The translations under genes and the position numbers were made by a program. Below the pieces are notes generated by a model that made no database searches, was not told the origin of the DNA, and saw only the letters and a list, made by a program, of their open reading frames with translations. This document shows positions 25,401 to 39,200 of a stretch of DNA of 64,000 nucleotides, piece after piece (within the stretch, counting starts at the first letter, position 1; each line of letters opens with the position of its first letter). The stretch lies in contig JAQGDQ010000705.1 in the NCBI GenBank assembly GCA_030141605.1, positions 45,648-109,647 of the forward strand, written 5' to 3'. This DNA is from Tubiluchus corallicola. Lineage: Eukaryota > Animalia > Priapulida.

Positions 25401-28400
25401 CGAATGCAGTTGCAAACAGGGTTGCAGCAAGTCATAGTTTCCGGTTTTTTAGTGAAAATTTGGCACAAGTTTAATTTATTTTGCTTACCACGCCATTTCG
25501 TAAAACGCATTTTAAATTTTACCACAGCTGTATTATCTATGTCTTTAAAGCCTGCAGAGACAAAGAGACAATGTATATAGAGAAAACACACACGCAAGCA
25601 CATACACACATATAGAGAGAATCTATATATATATTCTCTTATATCTTATATATAGTATAGTATATATGTATATATATATATCTTATATACACACTTTCAT
25701 CATCTGTCTTTTAAACATTTGAAGTTAGTGGATAAAGTTTTCTGTGGGCCAACAACCCCATCAATAACAATAACCGTTTGTTGGCTCCTTCAGCGGGCAG
25801 ACTGTATAAAGATTATATGGTGTAGGGGTATGTAGGTTAAATAACCTTACACTCATGAATATAATCATAATTGATGTAATTAAGACCTTTTGGCCTGGAT
25901 TATATGTATCAAAATGGCACGTTTTTTTCTGTTAGTACAAGGAAAGCACTGAACTATGTAGCAAGCCACAAGCTTACCGAATTAAAGACTTTTTGTTCAT
26001 TCAAAACACTAACTTGTTGCCAATGCACATTTAAGTATTCAAGTTCAACACACCAAAGCACCACTCAATTGATCACAAATATTGTAAACATTCTTATTTC
26101 GGCATTTATTAAATAATTTACTCGAAAAACTGAAAAATAATGGGCAGAGGTAAAATATCAGAAATAAACCTGACTTAAGATATTCATAAAAAAAAACTAC
26201 ACATAACGACATCAAAAATCAAATGTTCTCAGTGTTCACTTGCTGATTTCTGAATGAATCCAAATCTCTCCACTGATGTTTTTTTTTTCATTAACTTTTA
26301 GCTCCAACATTTTTGAGTTGTCTAAGACAAAGATGACAGAAAAGCAATTACAGAGCAACCCAAATATCACCGAGCATGCAATGTCAACACAAACTAAACA
26401 AACAGAATTTGTTTTTGTTTACATTGTGAACAAACTCAGTACTGACTGATATTAACTATAAACGTTCGCTATAGCTGATATAATTAAGCCAAATTCTGAA
26501 TATCTGAATAAATCTATTGCAGAAAATAAGTCACATTTCTAGCTACCCGTGTAGAATGATGTATTCTTAACTAAAATGCTCACAGCTTTAGACCATGTAA
26601 CAAATCAGACCCTGGCTCACCAATGAAGTAGTATTGGTGTGAGATGAATCACCACATGGTCAGCAACCGAACTTAAGTAGTGCCAACATTCAGGCTACTT
26701 AGTGAATAGATGGGTGGCCAAGTTTATCAGTCACAATGGGCGGTTACTGATTCACAGTAAGTTGTGATAACATATCTAAAAATAATTGAGATGCTTTTGC
26801 TCGTTCAGTGGACATCTCATTTTCGAGGATTAGCTTCGACAATAAGCCTCATTACAGCCCATCACAGCCACCTGGCCCACCTACATAAGCATGCCATATC
26901 TGAATTAAACTTGCGCTTGATCCAAACTTGCAGAATGATGAGTTGTACAAGAAACTATGTAAACAGCATGCAGTAGTAATCATAATCCTATGCGTTCTTA
27001 CATTACACAAAATTATGTTCTTCAAACAACTTAAGCATGCAGTCTAAGTGCTAAGTAGGCTAATCACAGCCTTCTTGTACAAATGAAACAGTGTATTGTA
27101 TTGCATTCACGAAGACACTTTATACAGTCTTTTGTACCATCTCATTTTCATGTACCAAAAAGTCAACTAGTGCGCTGAATAGTGCCCATGATCTTTGCAT
27201 CTGTAATTAATGAAACAGTGCAGAAACGTCAACCCTAAAGAAGCAACCGAAGGAAGAATGAAATGAGCATAAAATAGCCTACAGAATATGGACAAGGCTG
27301 GCAATACAGTACGAAAAAGATATCATACTTCGTACTTCTGAAAACCGTAATTCCATACCGTACCTACAAAATTGAATCGCACCGCAATATCATATTGCAT
27401 TACGTACCAAGTGTGTCATGATCTACTACAGGAGTGGCATAAAACAGAATTGCTATTTGAACATCCATACTGTTTATTTTAGTTACAAAAGCTATACAAT
27501 ACAGGCTATGCTAATTATATTATACAAAAAGCAGTCTGAAGATAATGATTATACTAAGCACCGATGACATTAAAAACAGCAGTTACTTGCTATTTATTTT
27601 GAAGAAAAAAGTTACTGTTTTGCACAGATCTGCAAAGTTCTAAGTGTTCCTCATTAATGACATACATTTTGAAAAGTTCTTGTTTCCACAGAATCTGCAT
27701 AGTCTAGCTGTGATGTTTAGATGTGCAGTAAATTAGTACATGATAGCTAGAATTAGCCATTACGGCAGCATTACTTGAATTGGTGACAAGCTTGCAAAGT
27801 AATGTTAACAATCATAAACGTAATTTACTGTAAAAGACAAATGGCGCTTGAAAACAACTTGTGACGTTTTCATTCAAAAGGAATCAATCTAGCCGTTTGT
27901 ATGTTTGTGCTCTGCATTAATTGGTGGAGAACAATAAGTCCCACCCACAAGCAAAACAAGTCCTCACACTGAGTTGCTGATTAATATTAACATTGTCAAG
28001 AAACGGAAGATAAATGGTACGGAAAAGGCATGAAAAAATACTGTAATTTCGTACTGTACCATACTCTTGAAAAAATACTGTGCCATAAGTCCGTACCATA
28101 TTTTTAAGCATTTTTCATACCATACCGTACTGCCAGCCATGAATATGGTGGGCTTGAAATGCATTATGCCTTTACAGGTTTTTCAACATTTCCACTAGAT
28201 ATCTTGTACCAACAACTAGTCACAATCGAGCTAAAAAGGCTGCAAGATCTGCATTAGACTAAATCTGTTATGTTTTAGTGAAGCGATTTATTTCTAGGGG
28301 TCATTTATTTCTGTAGTGCTACAGAATGTCTGCAGACTACAGTTGAGTGCCACAATTTAAACATTTCTAAGTTGTCAATCACAAAATTTCACTATCCATT

Positions 28401-29329
28401 GGCAAGAAAGCAGAAATTTAATATGTTAATGACAGAAAATAATAGTGCTTCATTTTGTGTTAAGTTTATATCTTTAACATTAAAAGTCTCACTAAATTGA
28501 AAAAAGAAAATTCTTTTCTTTGCTGAGCTTTTTTTATTAATTGTATGATTTGTTCTATTCTTGCCATTAAGAATTATGCATAATCCATAATCATCCGATG
28601 GGGATTTAGCATATTTTGTTATTGTTAGTAATGATCCCTCTACTTTTTTAGCACACTGTAAATACATGTAGCTAAAAATTTGAAAGATGATAATAGTGGA
28701 GGACTTTATATCCTGGCTAAGCTTTGCTGCTTCCAAGAAAGTCTTGTGGGTCAATATATTTTTCCTGTGCCCAAATGAGCCTTAAATTGAGCTAGACTGG
28801 TGGACTCAACTGCATGTGAAGGCGAAAATGAGAGAATACAAATTTCCCTTTGTTTTCTCTTTCATGCAGCCTCATTTTAAGTAATTTAAGGGCGGGTACT
28901 CTTGTTATTTGATCGTCCAGTGTGCCTGTCCAAATGCAATGTCTATCCCAACAAGTGTTCTATATAATTATGTACATCTATTCTGTCATGTATTATCTCT
29001 TTTGTTTTTATATACCTTCTGATTTCAGGTATGGATGAGTGAGTAAATATGAATGAGATTAAAAAAGCACCATTATTAGGTCGATTTAACAATAACCGTC
29101 ACTTTGCTATGGAAGCCTCTTATTTAAAATAGTAATTAAAAAATAACCATGTTATCCATCCGTCCATATGTTAACGATCATTATAATTATATGGACCAAT
29201 TTCCTAATAAAACACACTTACTTTTGCAGGACGCACAAACGGCATAAAAAACTTCACATGTTCCGTCTCACCATGGGCAATTACTATCAGTGATATTAGC
29301 ACTAGAAAATAAATTATCGTCTGCAACAT
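16481..29329 (-). CDS. PHM: Monofunctional peptidylglycine alpha-hydroxylating monooxygenase (PHM), about 338 aa, secreted
   Basis: Exons 29329-29222, 23469-23412, 23050-22963, 22529-22414, 21058-20975, 20361-20164, 19287-19211, 18642-18589, 18417-18368, 16664-16481 (1017 nt, open frame). It has a signal peptide, DTYLC, and the Cu ligands THHMLIFGC, LQVHY, FRTHTH and DEMCNFYIMY. The stop follows the catalytic core, with no PAL or TM domain. Confidence 0.93.
24108..24276. repeat. Imperfect foldback (MITE-like palindrome)
   Basis: Nested inverted arms TGAAATCTGCAAA/TTTGCAGATTTCA, CTTCTCAAATAA/TTATGGGAGAAG and AAACCAT/ATGGTTT. Confidence 0.6.
27293..28141. mobile_element. Non-autonomous hAT-type element (about 850 bp) in PHM intron 1
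   Basis: TIRs CAAGGCTGGCAATACAGTACG and CATGGCTGGCAGTACGGTATG (reverse complement). 8-bp TSD AATATGGA/AATATGGT (7/8). Subterminal CCGTAC-type repeats at both ends. Confidence 0.8.
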
Positions 29330-29339
29330 TAACCCAACC

Positions 29340-29600
29340 GCCATAATGTGTTGCACGTCATCAATGAATGAGCAAGAAGATCAATACCGTATAGCATGCA
29401 CGTTACAGCAGCACGGGGTGCGTCTGGAACGACTTGAAACTTGAACCGGTGTGATTTTTCAAGCGCGACGCTGATTGTTCAAGCAAGTCGTCTCCCTATA
29501 GAACCCCGTGTAGTACGTGCGAAATTGCCTTTAACATTATCAACACCCACTGACTGCATGACGTCATTAGGACATAAATTATTATGACGATTACGCGCAG
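29340..29600 (-). promoter_or_regulatory. PHM proximal promoter with a full CRE palindrome
   Basis: CpG-enriched stretch immediately upstream of the PHM ATG, with TGACGTCA at 29559-29566. Confidence 0.45.
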
Positions 29601-32600
29601 GATTATATAATTGGTATAAAAAATTGACATTGGCCAAATAATTTGGCTTTGACAATTGACAGGCTTTAATCATAAGTTCATAACACAATTAAATGTGAGC
29701 TAGCTTCAAGTAAGATAGAAAACAGAACCAAAATCACATTCAAATTCAGGATACAATTTCTTTTCAAAAAATTATCAATTTTTTTGGATTTAACACAGAA
29801 AATACCACATACGAAAAACACAGTCACGGATGAAGCACGGAGTTCATTGTAAATTAAAGAACATAAAAAACGCCAACCACACTAATACTCCAGTCATGTC
29901 ATAAAAACATCTTAATGTAACAAGGAACATAAAAAGAAATCATTTTTTGTTGTGGATTAAGCAGAAGTACAAGTAGAAGCATGAAAATATATTAAACTAC
30001 TTGTCGTGTGTTAGCTGATAGGGATGAGCAAGCAAACTTTAAAAACGGTGACGTAAACCAGAAATAAATACAAAACTCAAACTTGTATTTTTGTTAAGAA
30101 CTATATGCATATAGTGAGTAATGAACTGATGTGGTGAAAAAGTAACTACATCAAATCGATGAGGGATGACTTTATAATTTAAATTAATTTCTTGTCACAG
30201 CCAGGGCGATACCTACAATAGAAGCAGAGGCTGTAGATCTGGGTCTGGACCAGGTACGTACTACACAAATCACCCCGATGGAATTGCTGAAGTGCAGGTG
30301 TAAACCTCCGGGCCTGTTATATGTGTGCTTGCAAAGCAAACACATCCATAAGTCGGCAGGTAAGCTTTTCTAGTTATTCACATATTCTGAATCTCCATTT
30401 CATGAGGGTCATTTTGATGCCAAATTCATTGCTCTATGTTATTTCCAAGCTGAGATAATCCACGTTGAAGTTGAGGTGCGGGTTACGCATTGAAAAACAT
30501 AACCTTGAGAAAATCGCTGTTAAAGCCAGCCATTGGTTTTTGTCGCGTTTCTACAATACACTCTACAGCACAAATGTTGGTTACTACGGACTTTGCAAGA
30601 GCACATTGAAGTTATGTTTAAATTCAATACTTGTAGATGGCTTTTCCCGTCGAAAACCTGGGCTTATCAGCAAAATGATTGCTTCAACGAGCTGCTATCA
30701 AAGTTTGAAAATAAAAGTTTTTTTTTATAATTGGAGTACTAGTTTGTAGGGTACAAGCCAAAAAATTAGATTTTTAGTGTTGTTTTAGCATTTTTTGACA
30801 CTTTGGTGCTAAAATATAAAAGTCTAATACATTTAGCATTGTTTTTATAAAAAACAAAAAAAATAACATTTGACCAAATTTTTGGTGTTATTCTACATTG
30901 AAGCACCATAACCTGGTTTTAACTATGCCGACTTGTGGACGGTTTTGGTTTGCAACCACGCATATATAGCTGTAGATGTTTGTAGAACAGGAGTTGAATG
31001 GCAGGTCTTCACATCAAGTGCTGATTTCATAAGTGGCAGTATACAGCTAGTCATGCAAATGGAGGATTGTGCGTGGATAACGAGAGCTCAACAGTTGATA
31101 ACAGTTCCCGCAATAGGCCTGCAGGTCTGTTCGAGGCACCATATGATTCAAGTTCAAAATTAAACGAATGTTCGACCGGCTTGGTTTCATGATCAATTAA
31201 TTAAGGCATTAATTTTAATAATATGTTCAATGAGTAGTGTCCCTTTTAACGTGTCTCTCTTTGTGGGCAATAAAGTTTAAATCCTTAACTGATATTTAAT
31301 ATAACTTAATTTATTTTGCGGAAAAATATGGGATTTCTCTGAGCATACTGGCTTAACCTCTTAATCAAGTCAGTATAACAGTAATGAAAACGGTTTTTGC
31401 TGAAGTTGTTTCCAAATACTCCAATTTGAGGTCTGTTAACATTGACACGCTTACATACTGCTGTGATGACTCTAATCGTTTTTGTGGAAATCAAACTAAC
31501 TGTTCTATACTGAACTTTCTCTAGGGAATTTTTCCTGTTTTTATGGGTGATGATCCCAAGTTGCACGTGCTGGCATACACTAACTTGGTGAATTGTTCTT
31601 ATACTGAACTGTGTATTTACGTTCAGTGTTATGTTTAATTGTTGTCATATCAGTAACTTGGAATTTGCATTTGAAATTTGCAGGTTTTATCAGAAACTCA
31701 TTGGTACTATTCTTGGGTAATTGTGCTACATGGTAGTGGGACTGGACTCAAACGTTGAGCACTGAAAGTACTCGGCCACGATAAAAACTTGGAATAAAAT
31801 GTAACAACTTGCATATTATTGCGAATAGTGTCAAAAATTTCAACTTAACGCATGATTGTTATTAAACTGTCATTTATATTATTGACAATATTAGCTTTAC
31901 CAAGTAGGACTGTTGACAAGTTCAGATTTAATGCCGTGGTGAACCGCCTGCGTTTCAGAGAAGATTCAGTGCCAAAAAGCCCACCAACTAATTAGAATAT
32001 ATGTATGTCCAAGTCGCGCGTAACTATCTGCAATCAACAATTCCCTTATAAAACATTGATTTTCTATGAACTCCCATATTGGTTTCAAAAAGTTACAACT
32101 TTGAAAGCAAAAACTTATTTTCATAATAGTTTCATACGTTCATTAAAAACGTTTTATAGTGTTATTTTATTGTAGCTGTAATTTTTGTCTGCACGTTAGA
32201 AAGAAATGGTGAAGAGTTATTTATGCCCAATATTTGTTATTGTTATTTTAAGTTTTCTAACTCAGCTTAGTGCTTACCACTGCACGTTGTGAGATTTGTC
32301 GTGTATTAAAACATAAATAGTAAGTATTCATTGTGTCTTTCGTACATAGGCATTTCCAAAACACGCTCTGCCTCTAGTTATATCTTGAAATTTATAGGCG
32401 AGCCCTACTTGTTGTTAAATTGTAGTCGTGTATATCAGGGCAAGATATATTTTTGTTCATTTCATACTAATTTATTATTTTAATATAGATAAAACAGAAT
32501 TAATTGAATGAAAAAGTGTCTAGCATAAAATTTACTTAAAGGACAAGAAAAGGGGCACCTGAAGTAGGTTTCAGAAAAATCGCCTTAAAAAATTATACTA

Positions 32601-32759
32601 CTTAACAGCAATTTTATGCACATATCGTATTCGCGTTAAAAGGAATTTTCGTTTGTTTTCATTTTAAATCTCCTGCAGTACTGTTCCGATGTTTGTACTA
32701 TATATATTGTAGTATTATAAAGAGATAAATAAATTAAAGTTAAATTGAATTGAATACGA

Positions 32760-33030
32760 TACAGCATGATTTGGTCATCTCTTCTTCTGAAGTGTAGGGG
32801 TTGTAACTTCAATCTCTATGTTCTTTCAGCATACAATAGATCTTTAATTGATGGTACTAATTTTGTGATTTTCCCTTGAACAGATTCAACCTTATGTATT
32901 GCCTGAAGTTTGGACGGATCCCAAACTATGTCACCATAGTCCAGAATTGGTCTTATGAATATTTTATATAAAACAGCCATCATATGTATCAATATAGGTT
33001 GTAAAACTCGGTTTCTCACTCCATAGTTAA
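32760..33030 (-). mobile_element. CR1/L2-group LINE fragment (region C-terminal to RT)
   Basis: LYKIFIRPILDYGDIVWDP...IHKVESVQGKITKLVPSIKDLLYAER is the typical post-RT segment of CR1-like ORF2. Confidence 0.85.
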
Positions 33031-35716
33031 ATAGATATTTGTACCAGTACGTTGAGCTATAAATGTTTTGATGTAGATATTTCTGTTAGATGATTGACAT
33101 TTCTGTAGCTTTCTGACTTTCCTATTTACCAAGGGGCCTGGTCTACTCACCTCTTCATAATTTTATAATGATACAGGAAGTGGCTTCGTTGAATGCCGTC
33201 AGGTGTATTGCTTTTGATATGATCGCAACAGGTTGTTCTGTGAACAAGTTAATGTTAGATATGGCAGAACTAATGAAATTAAAGTAGTTGGACACAGTGG
33301 TGATCAGTTGGATCTAACAGTGGTTTTGACATTGCAAATCCACATTCCACTGTTGTGGTACAGTTTGAAAGGCAGGCAATTGTTAATAGCTACTGGTCCG
33401 GAAGCTCGGATGTGAGCTGATGTCAGCGCAAAGGTATGAGCCTAACATGGCATTAAAAGTGATAATTGAGAACCATGGAGTGAAAGAACTGCGTAATAGT
33501 ACATACTACTGAGTTACAATCTAGTGTAATGTGGTGCAACCAGTTTGTGGGTGGTCATTAGATTCCTGAAGCAGGTTACTCATAATCAAACACTATCTGG
33601 TGGAACTAAGCCTTAGTCATCCTCCATATGTTTGGTATGGCACAAAGCCATACTTGGACTGTTTTCATGCACAGTGCTTGCAGAAACACAGATTCTATTC
33701 TTAGAGACGTCGCCATGATGATAGTGCCGCCCCTGTGTACACAAGTTTAGATATGCCCCACTAACATTTCTTTCTATACTAATACCCATGATATCATTAT
33801 AATAATGTTGTAATTAAATGACTCATTTAACCAAGTGAATGTAATGATTTCAGTGGAAGTGATTATTCAACTTTCCCAATGATAACAGCATTTAATTTTA
33901 TGCTTAATGATACTATGATTGCAATGATTTAATTACTACTCTGTCGTGTTTGTTTTTTACAACAATACTGTCTACATTTGTTGTAAAATCAGTCATTTAT
34001 TGTTTGATATATTTTATGTTTTGGCCAAGTAAACGTAATAACAATATCTGCATCCCGACGCATCCCTCAGTTTTTATACAAACATTTAGTGAACAACTAA
34101 ACAAATTAGTCCTTAGACCCACGACACGTTACACAGGTGAAAGAGCACCTTATCATCCGTAATCGTTTCCTCTCTCAGTAGCTCATTTAAATATCTCATC
34201 AGTGTGTTCATCAAATGTGAGGATTCCTAAGTCCTTGTGTTTATGTCATTACTGTTATTGGAACAGACTGATTTGTACTGCTGCACTTGTAGTAGTCATG
34301 GCTTGCGCTTTCTTTCCGTATTTATAGGACCTTACACTTTTTTCCACGTTGCAATGCATTTGCAAAGTATGTGACCGCGTGTCACATTTTTAAATTTTTA
34401 GATTTTTTTCAATTTTATTTTAGACATAAAAGCGTCCGTACAGTTAGTTGCTTACAGTAAATGATAAAAAATAAGTGAGTGTTAGTAGATAAAAGTAATT
34501 AATAAATTAAAAAGAATTATGTTCGTAGATGAAGCATAGCTCATAAGCCTGCATATTTAAGTTTGTGTCATTTTGCATGTTTTGCAGTCTACATGGAAGT
34601 CTGTGTTTTACTTCAGTATCCTGTAGACATTTGTGTTATTTTCACTTATGAGTTTAAATCATTGATGAACATTAGAATAGTGTAGGCCCTAATGCTTTTT
34701 CCTGTGGTACTGTGCTCTTTGTGGGTCTCCACGAAAATTTCTCTGAGTTGATTCTAACATGCTGTGAGTGGTCTTTAAGAAAGTCTTCTATCTGGTGGTA
34801 GAGGCTACCAGTGATTCTCTTGTTACTTTAAGTTTTAACATGAGCTTTCTATGTGGAACTTCATGAAATGCTTTCTGCAGATTGTAAAATATTACATCCA
34901 CAAGAGGCCTGTCATCCAGGACTTGTTACCAGTCGCTTAATGACTCCAGTGCTGGCATTTGGTGGCTGCCGGCCTGTATATTTTGAGTTGGTATAACTCG
35001 ATTCGAATAGCTGCAGGTTGCCTGCCTATTTCTATATAGTCGACCAAAACTGTACATGTATATTGAAGAGAAGTTAAGATCGTAACTTACAGTTTAAACA
35101 TTCCAGCTTGGTTATCATTAGGGGTGTACCTAGGTTGTGAAGTTAAGGAGCAAGCAGTTGACACATACCAAGCAATGGTGTATGTTTTAACGCATTAATT
35201 ATACGTTTTAATTTTGAATATTATAAGAATTTTTTTAAGAAAAATCAAAACGTGAGGAACTTACAGTTTTTTTTAAGTAAGTACATAATTAACGGTAGGC
35301 CTTCTACTAGGCAAATATGTGACAAGAATATAGTATAGTAGTCAGATTTGGGGCAATTTGATCTTTGGTTTAAGTAGTCAGCCTTGACATATGAGTTGTG
35401 TAAATGCACCCTCATTTCAAAAACAGGAAGGCAAGTTGGTCGAATAAAATAATGACTCCATTGTTGAAAAGGCGTCAATTTTGAAAAATGTGTTTGGTCA
35501 AGTGGTTGCTCCCTTGCTCCCCTATTAGTTACACCACTGACTAGTTGTGACTAATTACTTGCTATATAAATTGATTGACATATACCAATAGATGTAGTAT
35601 TTCTGAATGTTGTTAAACCTATTTTGTTTAAGGTGATGTGAGGATTTTAGCACATGTGGAGACTAAATTTTTCAAGTTTAATGATTATATAATTCACAAA
35701 CTTCAAATGCCCCGCA

Positions 35717-36214
35717 ATGAGTAAGCGAAAGAACCGGCAAACAAGCGGATGGGAAGTGTGGGTGAGCGAATTACAAAATTTTTTGTTAAAAAAGAACAAG
35801 TCATGTATTCAATATTTTCATGTGTAAATATGATCCTGCATTAAAAAGTCTCAATTAATGATAACTACTTGAGATCAATTAGCTTGGTATGATCTTTACG
35901 TTACTTGTTTGCGTTACTAAGTCTTAATTGCACTGATATTTGTCTTACAGAAAGACAAATTTTGCTTTTCCAGGGTGGTTATATGAATGCAAAGAAAAGC
36001 AAATTGAAAGAACAGTTTAACTCTTCAGGAAAGTCACTCTTCTCTGAACCATCGTTTTCGAATATATTTTCAGGAATATCCATTTACGTCAATGGTTATA
36101 CAGGTATGCAGTATAGTACGTATATTCATTTGGTTTTCCTGTGTCACATTTTGATTAAGAGACCCTTACTGCTAATGAAAGCTATAGATAGCTAGATATA
36201 ACTGCACTTTCAAA

Positions 36215-36249
<35 letters not shown>

Positions 36250-39200
36250 TTTTTTTCAAATACCTGTCTATTTATAAGGAACACATGCAGTTTTCTTTGA
36301 AGTTTCTATTAGTATGGTTGATACCAGATGATACTGCCAAAAAACTTTGCTGGAGAATAATCCCTGCTTCACCACCTCCCCACTTCGCAACGTGGTGGAA
36401 TCCAAGCTGTCATCTCATTTACTGCACATTATAGCCTGTCTTTCAAAGCCTAAATCTCAAAATCATTACATTCTGCCTCCCTTTGATTATTTTTAAACAT
36501 TTTCAAACATAAAGAAAAAAGCATATTTTAAGCAACAAACTGCAGTATTGATAGTATTAATAACTACAGAAATAATAGTATTATTAATAGTATTATTGTG
36601 TATATTCGAATTCATTTTTTCGTTGGTTTGAGTAGGCTGAGCTGCGTTTATCTATTTTTTGTTGTCCACAAAAGCTTTCTAGAAGACTCAAAACTGTGTA
36701 ATTGAACTGTTTCAAAACTTGAAAAAGCCATAATTAAGTTACGTGACCGGTAAGCAAACCATTGTTGACTTGTGCAAATGTGAAAAAAACACAACAAGTT
36801 AATGTCTGATTCAGTTCCAGATGATTTTTAACTGAACGGGAGGTATAAATTTGGACTGTACAGTCGAAGATGGGTTGCATGGGAAGCCTATCCGTTAGTA
36901 ACTAAGAGTCCACTAGTGTTAAGATTACTTAAAACATCATTGCAAGTATCAATTTTCCTGTGTTGACAGAATTTCTTTCAAAAGTCTGATTAACGAATTT
37001 CCCAGGGTTTGGGTAGAACTATGGTTATGTATTGTCTATTGCTCTTTAATCTTCCAGATCCATCTTCGGATGTTTTGAAACGACTAATTAAAGCACATGG
37101 CGGCCAGTATCAGTATTATTATAGTGCTACAGGCGTCACTCACATCGTAGCATCTGCATTGCCAGATTCTAAAATTAGAGCATTAGCAGGCAAGAATGTT
37201 GTCAAGCCTAGATGGATTCTGGACAGGTGAGTTTTATTACAGTGATACTGTGCTGCAATTTTCAAGTAAATTATGCATATGGTTGCTGCAGAATTTATGT
37301 ATCAACTAACAAAGAATAATCTATGTTTTGTATTCTGGCAAGTTCATCTAATACATTTCGTGTTCCGCTAAGTTAATCTAATACGTTTTGTGTACTGGCA
37401 AGGTTATCTAATGTGTTTTCTGTTTTTTGTCTCTTGATAAGTCCATTTAATGCGCTTTGTGTGATGGCAACTTTTCTAATGTATTTTATTTCTTGGTTCG
37501 TTATTTTTTGTGTAAAAAATAGTAAATTAAGTCACCAATTTGGAAAAAATAGAAATGACTTAACTTTGATGCTGGCTTAGGAAGTTTACAAAAACTGGCA
37601 CCTGGAACCATATGTTTTTCTTTCAGTTAAAGAAAGAAATGAATTTTGTTTTCATTAATGGTAATATGTTGTTGCTGATTATTTTATTCCATAATCTGAA
37701 ATGAATGCCAAAATTTGACAAATAACTATATTTCAGTGTTAATTTTGAAGCTAATTAGCACAAGTACTTGTTTGAAACAAGACGATTTACCGAAAATGCT
37801 GATTTTTTCCTGATAAAAATACGACTCTAGGGCTGTTTCAACAGATCCACTGTCACTTGTACAAATGTTTTTTCTCCTTTAATTTCAGTATTGAAAAGGG
37901 AAAATTGTTGGCGTGCAATTCCTATCAACTCTATTTTCAAGGATCAAAATCTCAATCTACTTTGAGTTTTAAACCTGTAACCACTAGTCATCAGACAAGA
38001 GCCACTGCAAATGAAGATAACGATCTTGCACTTCGATCTGATAATGGCAAATTTCATACATTAGATGATGATTTTCCAAATGAGGCTGTAGGATTCGATG
38101 TCTTTGAAAGAGAAAAGACATCTGTTGCTGCAGTTACAAACATTGGAACTGGTAATGACCAAGTTTTGCCTAAAGAAAGACAGAAACGAGATAGTTCTCA
38201 CGTACCTACTTCTGAAAAGCTGTCGGTAGCTAAAGCTGGTGATCCAAACTTTGTTAGTGAATTTTATAGCCACTCGAGACTTCACCATATTTCTACTTGG
38301 GGTGCAGAATTCAAAAAATATGTCAGCGAACTAAGTAAAAGGGGAGACTTTGTTTCTTCAGGGCGGGATATGCTGCAACGTTTAAAAAACAGTGGTACTT
38401 TGCAAGAGTCTAGTTTAAATTTTGATCGTGTCATTATGCATATAGACATGGATTGCTTCTTTGTGTCAGTTGGCTTAGTTGATCAACCTGAACTAGTAGG
38501 AAAACCCGTGGCAGTAACTCACTCCAAAGGCCAAGGTCCTGGGCATAATTCATCACTTTCTGATGCCGAGTATGAGCAGCGTTACTGGGAGGCAAAATAC
38601 TCTGTGAAGGAACCACTAAAAAGAACTAATGTAAGCCAGAATCTGAAGAAGGAGCCTGAGAAAGTTAATGTGCCACTCAGACAATCTTTAGGGACATCTA
38701 CAACTAGCACAGGTAGCTGCCTTTTTTATTAATTTTTGACATCCTGCATCAAGAACAAAACCCTAGATAATTTAACATATGATTAGTGAGTTTCTTGTTG
38801 GCAATGATGAGCACATGAATTGACTTCAACTATAATAACTGTTTGTATGCTTTACTTGTTTATAATGAATCCTAACTTATTAAGAGGTGAAAATAGCCCC
38901 TTAATGTGAACAAGAATCTGCTTTTCTGGAATGAATTCAAATCACATTTAATAATAATAGTAATAATTTGTTAGTCTGACTTTCCAGATGGATTGTTGGC
39001 TTTACACAGTGAAAAAGTAATATAAGATCACAGAACTAAAAAAATTTTGCACTACACAAATTAAAAATCAACTTGAGTTAGGTGACTAAAATTTGCAGAA
39101 ACAAATAAAATTTATAGATTACGAGTTACATACTAAAAGCTCGTGAAAATAAAAGTGTTTTTATTTGAGATTTAAAATAAGGAAGTGATAGAGACATTTT

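Noticed and set aside
35119-35539. Possible hAT MITE (TAGGGGTGTACCTAG ... TTAGTTACACCACTG)
   Set aside because: TIRs are degenerate and the flanking 8-mers do not match as a TSD.
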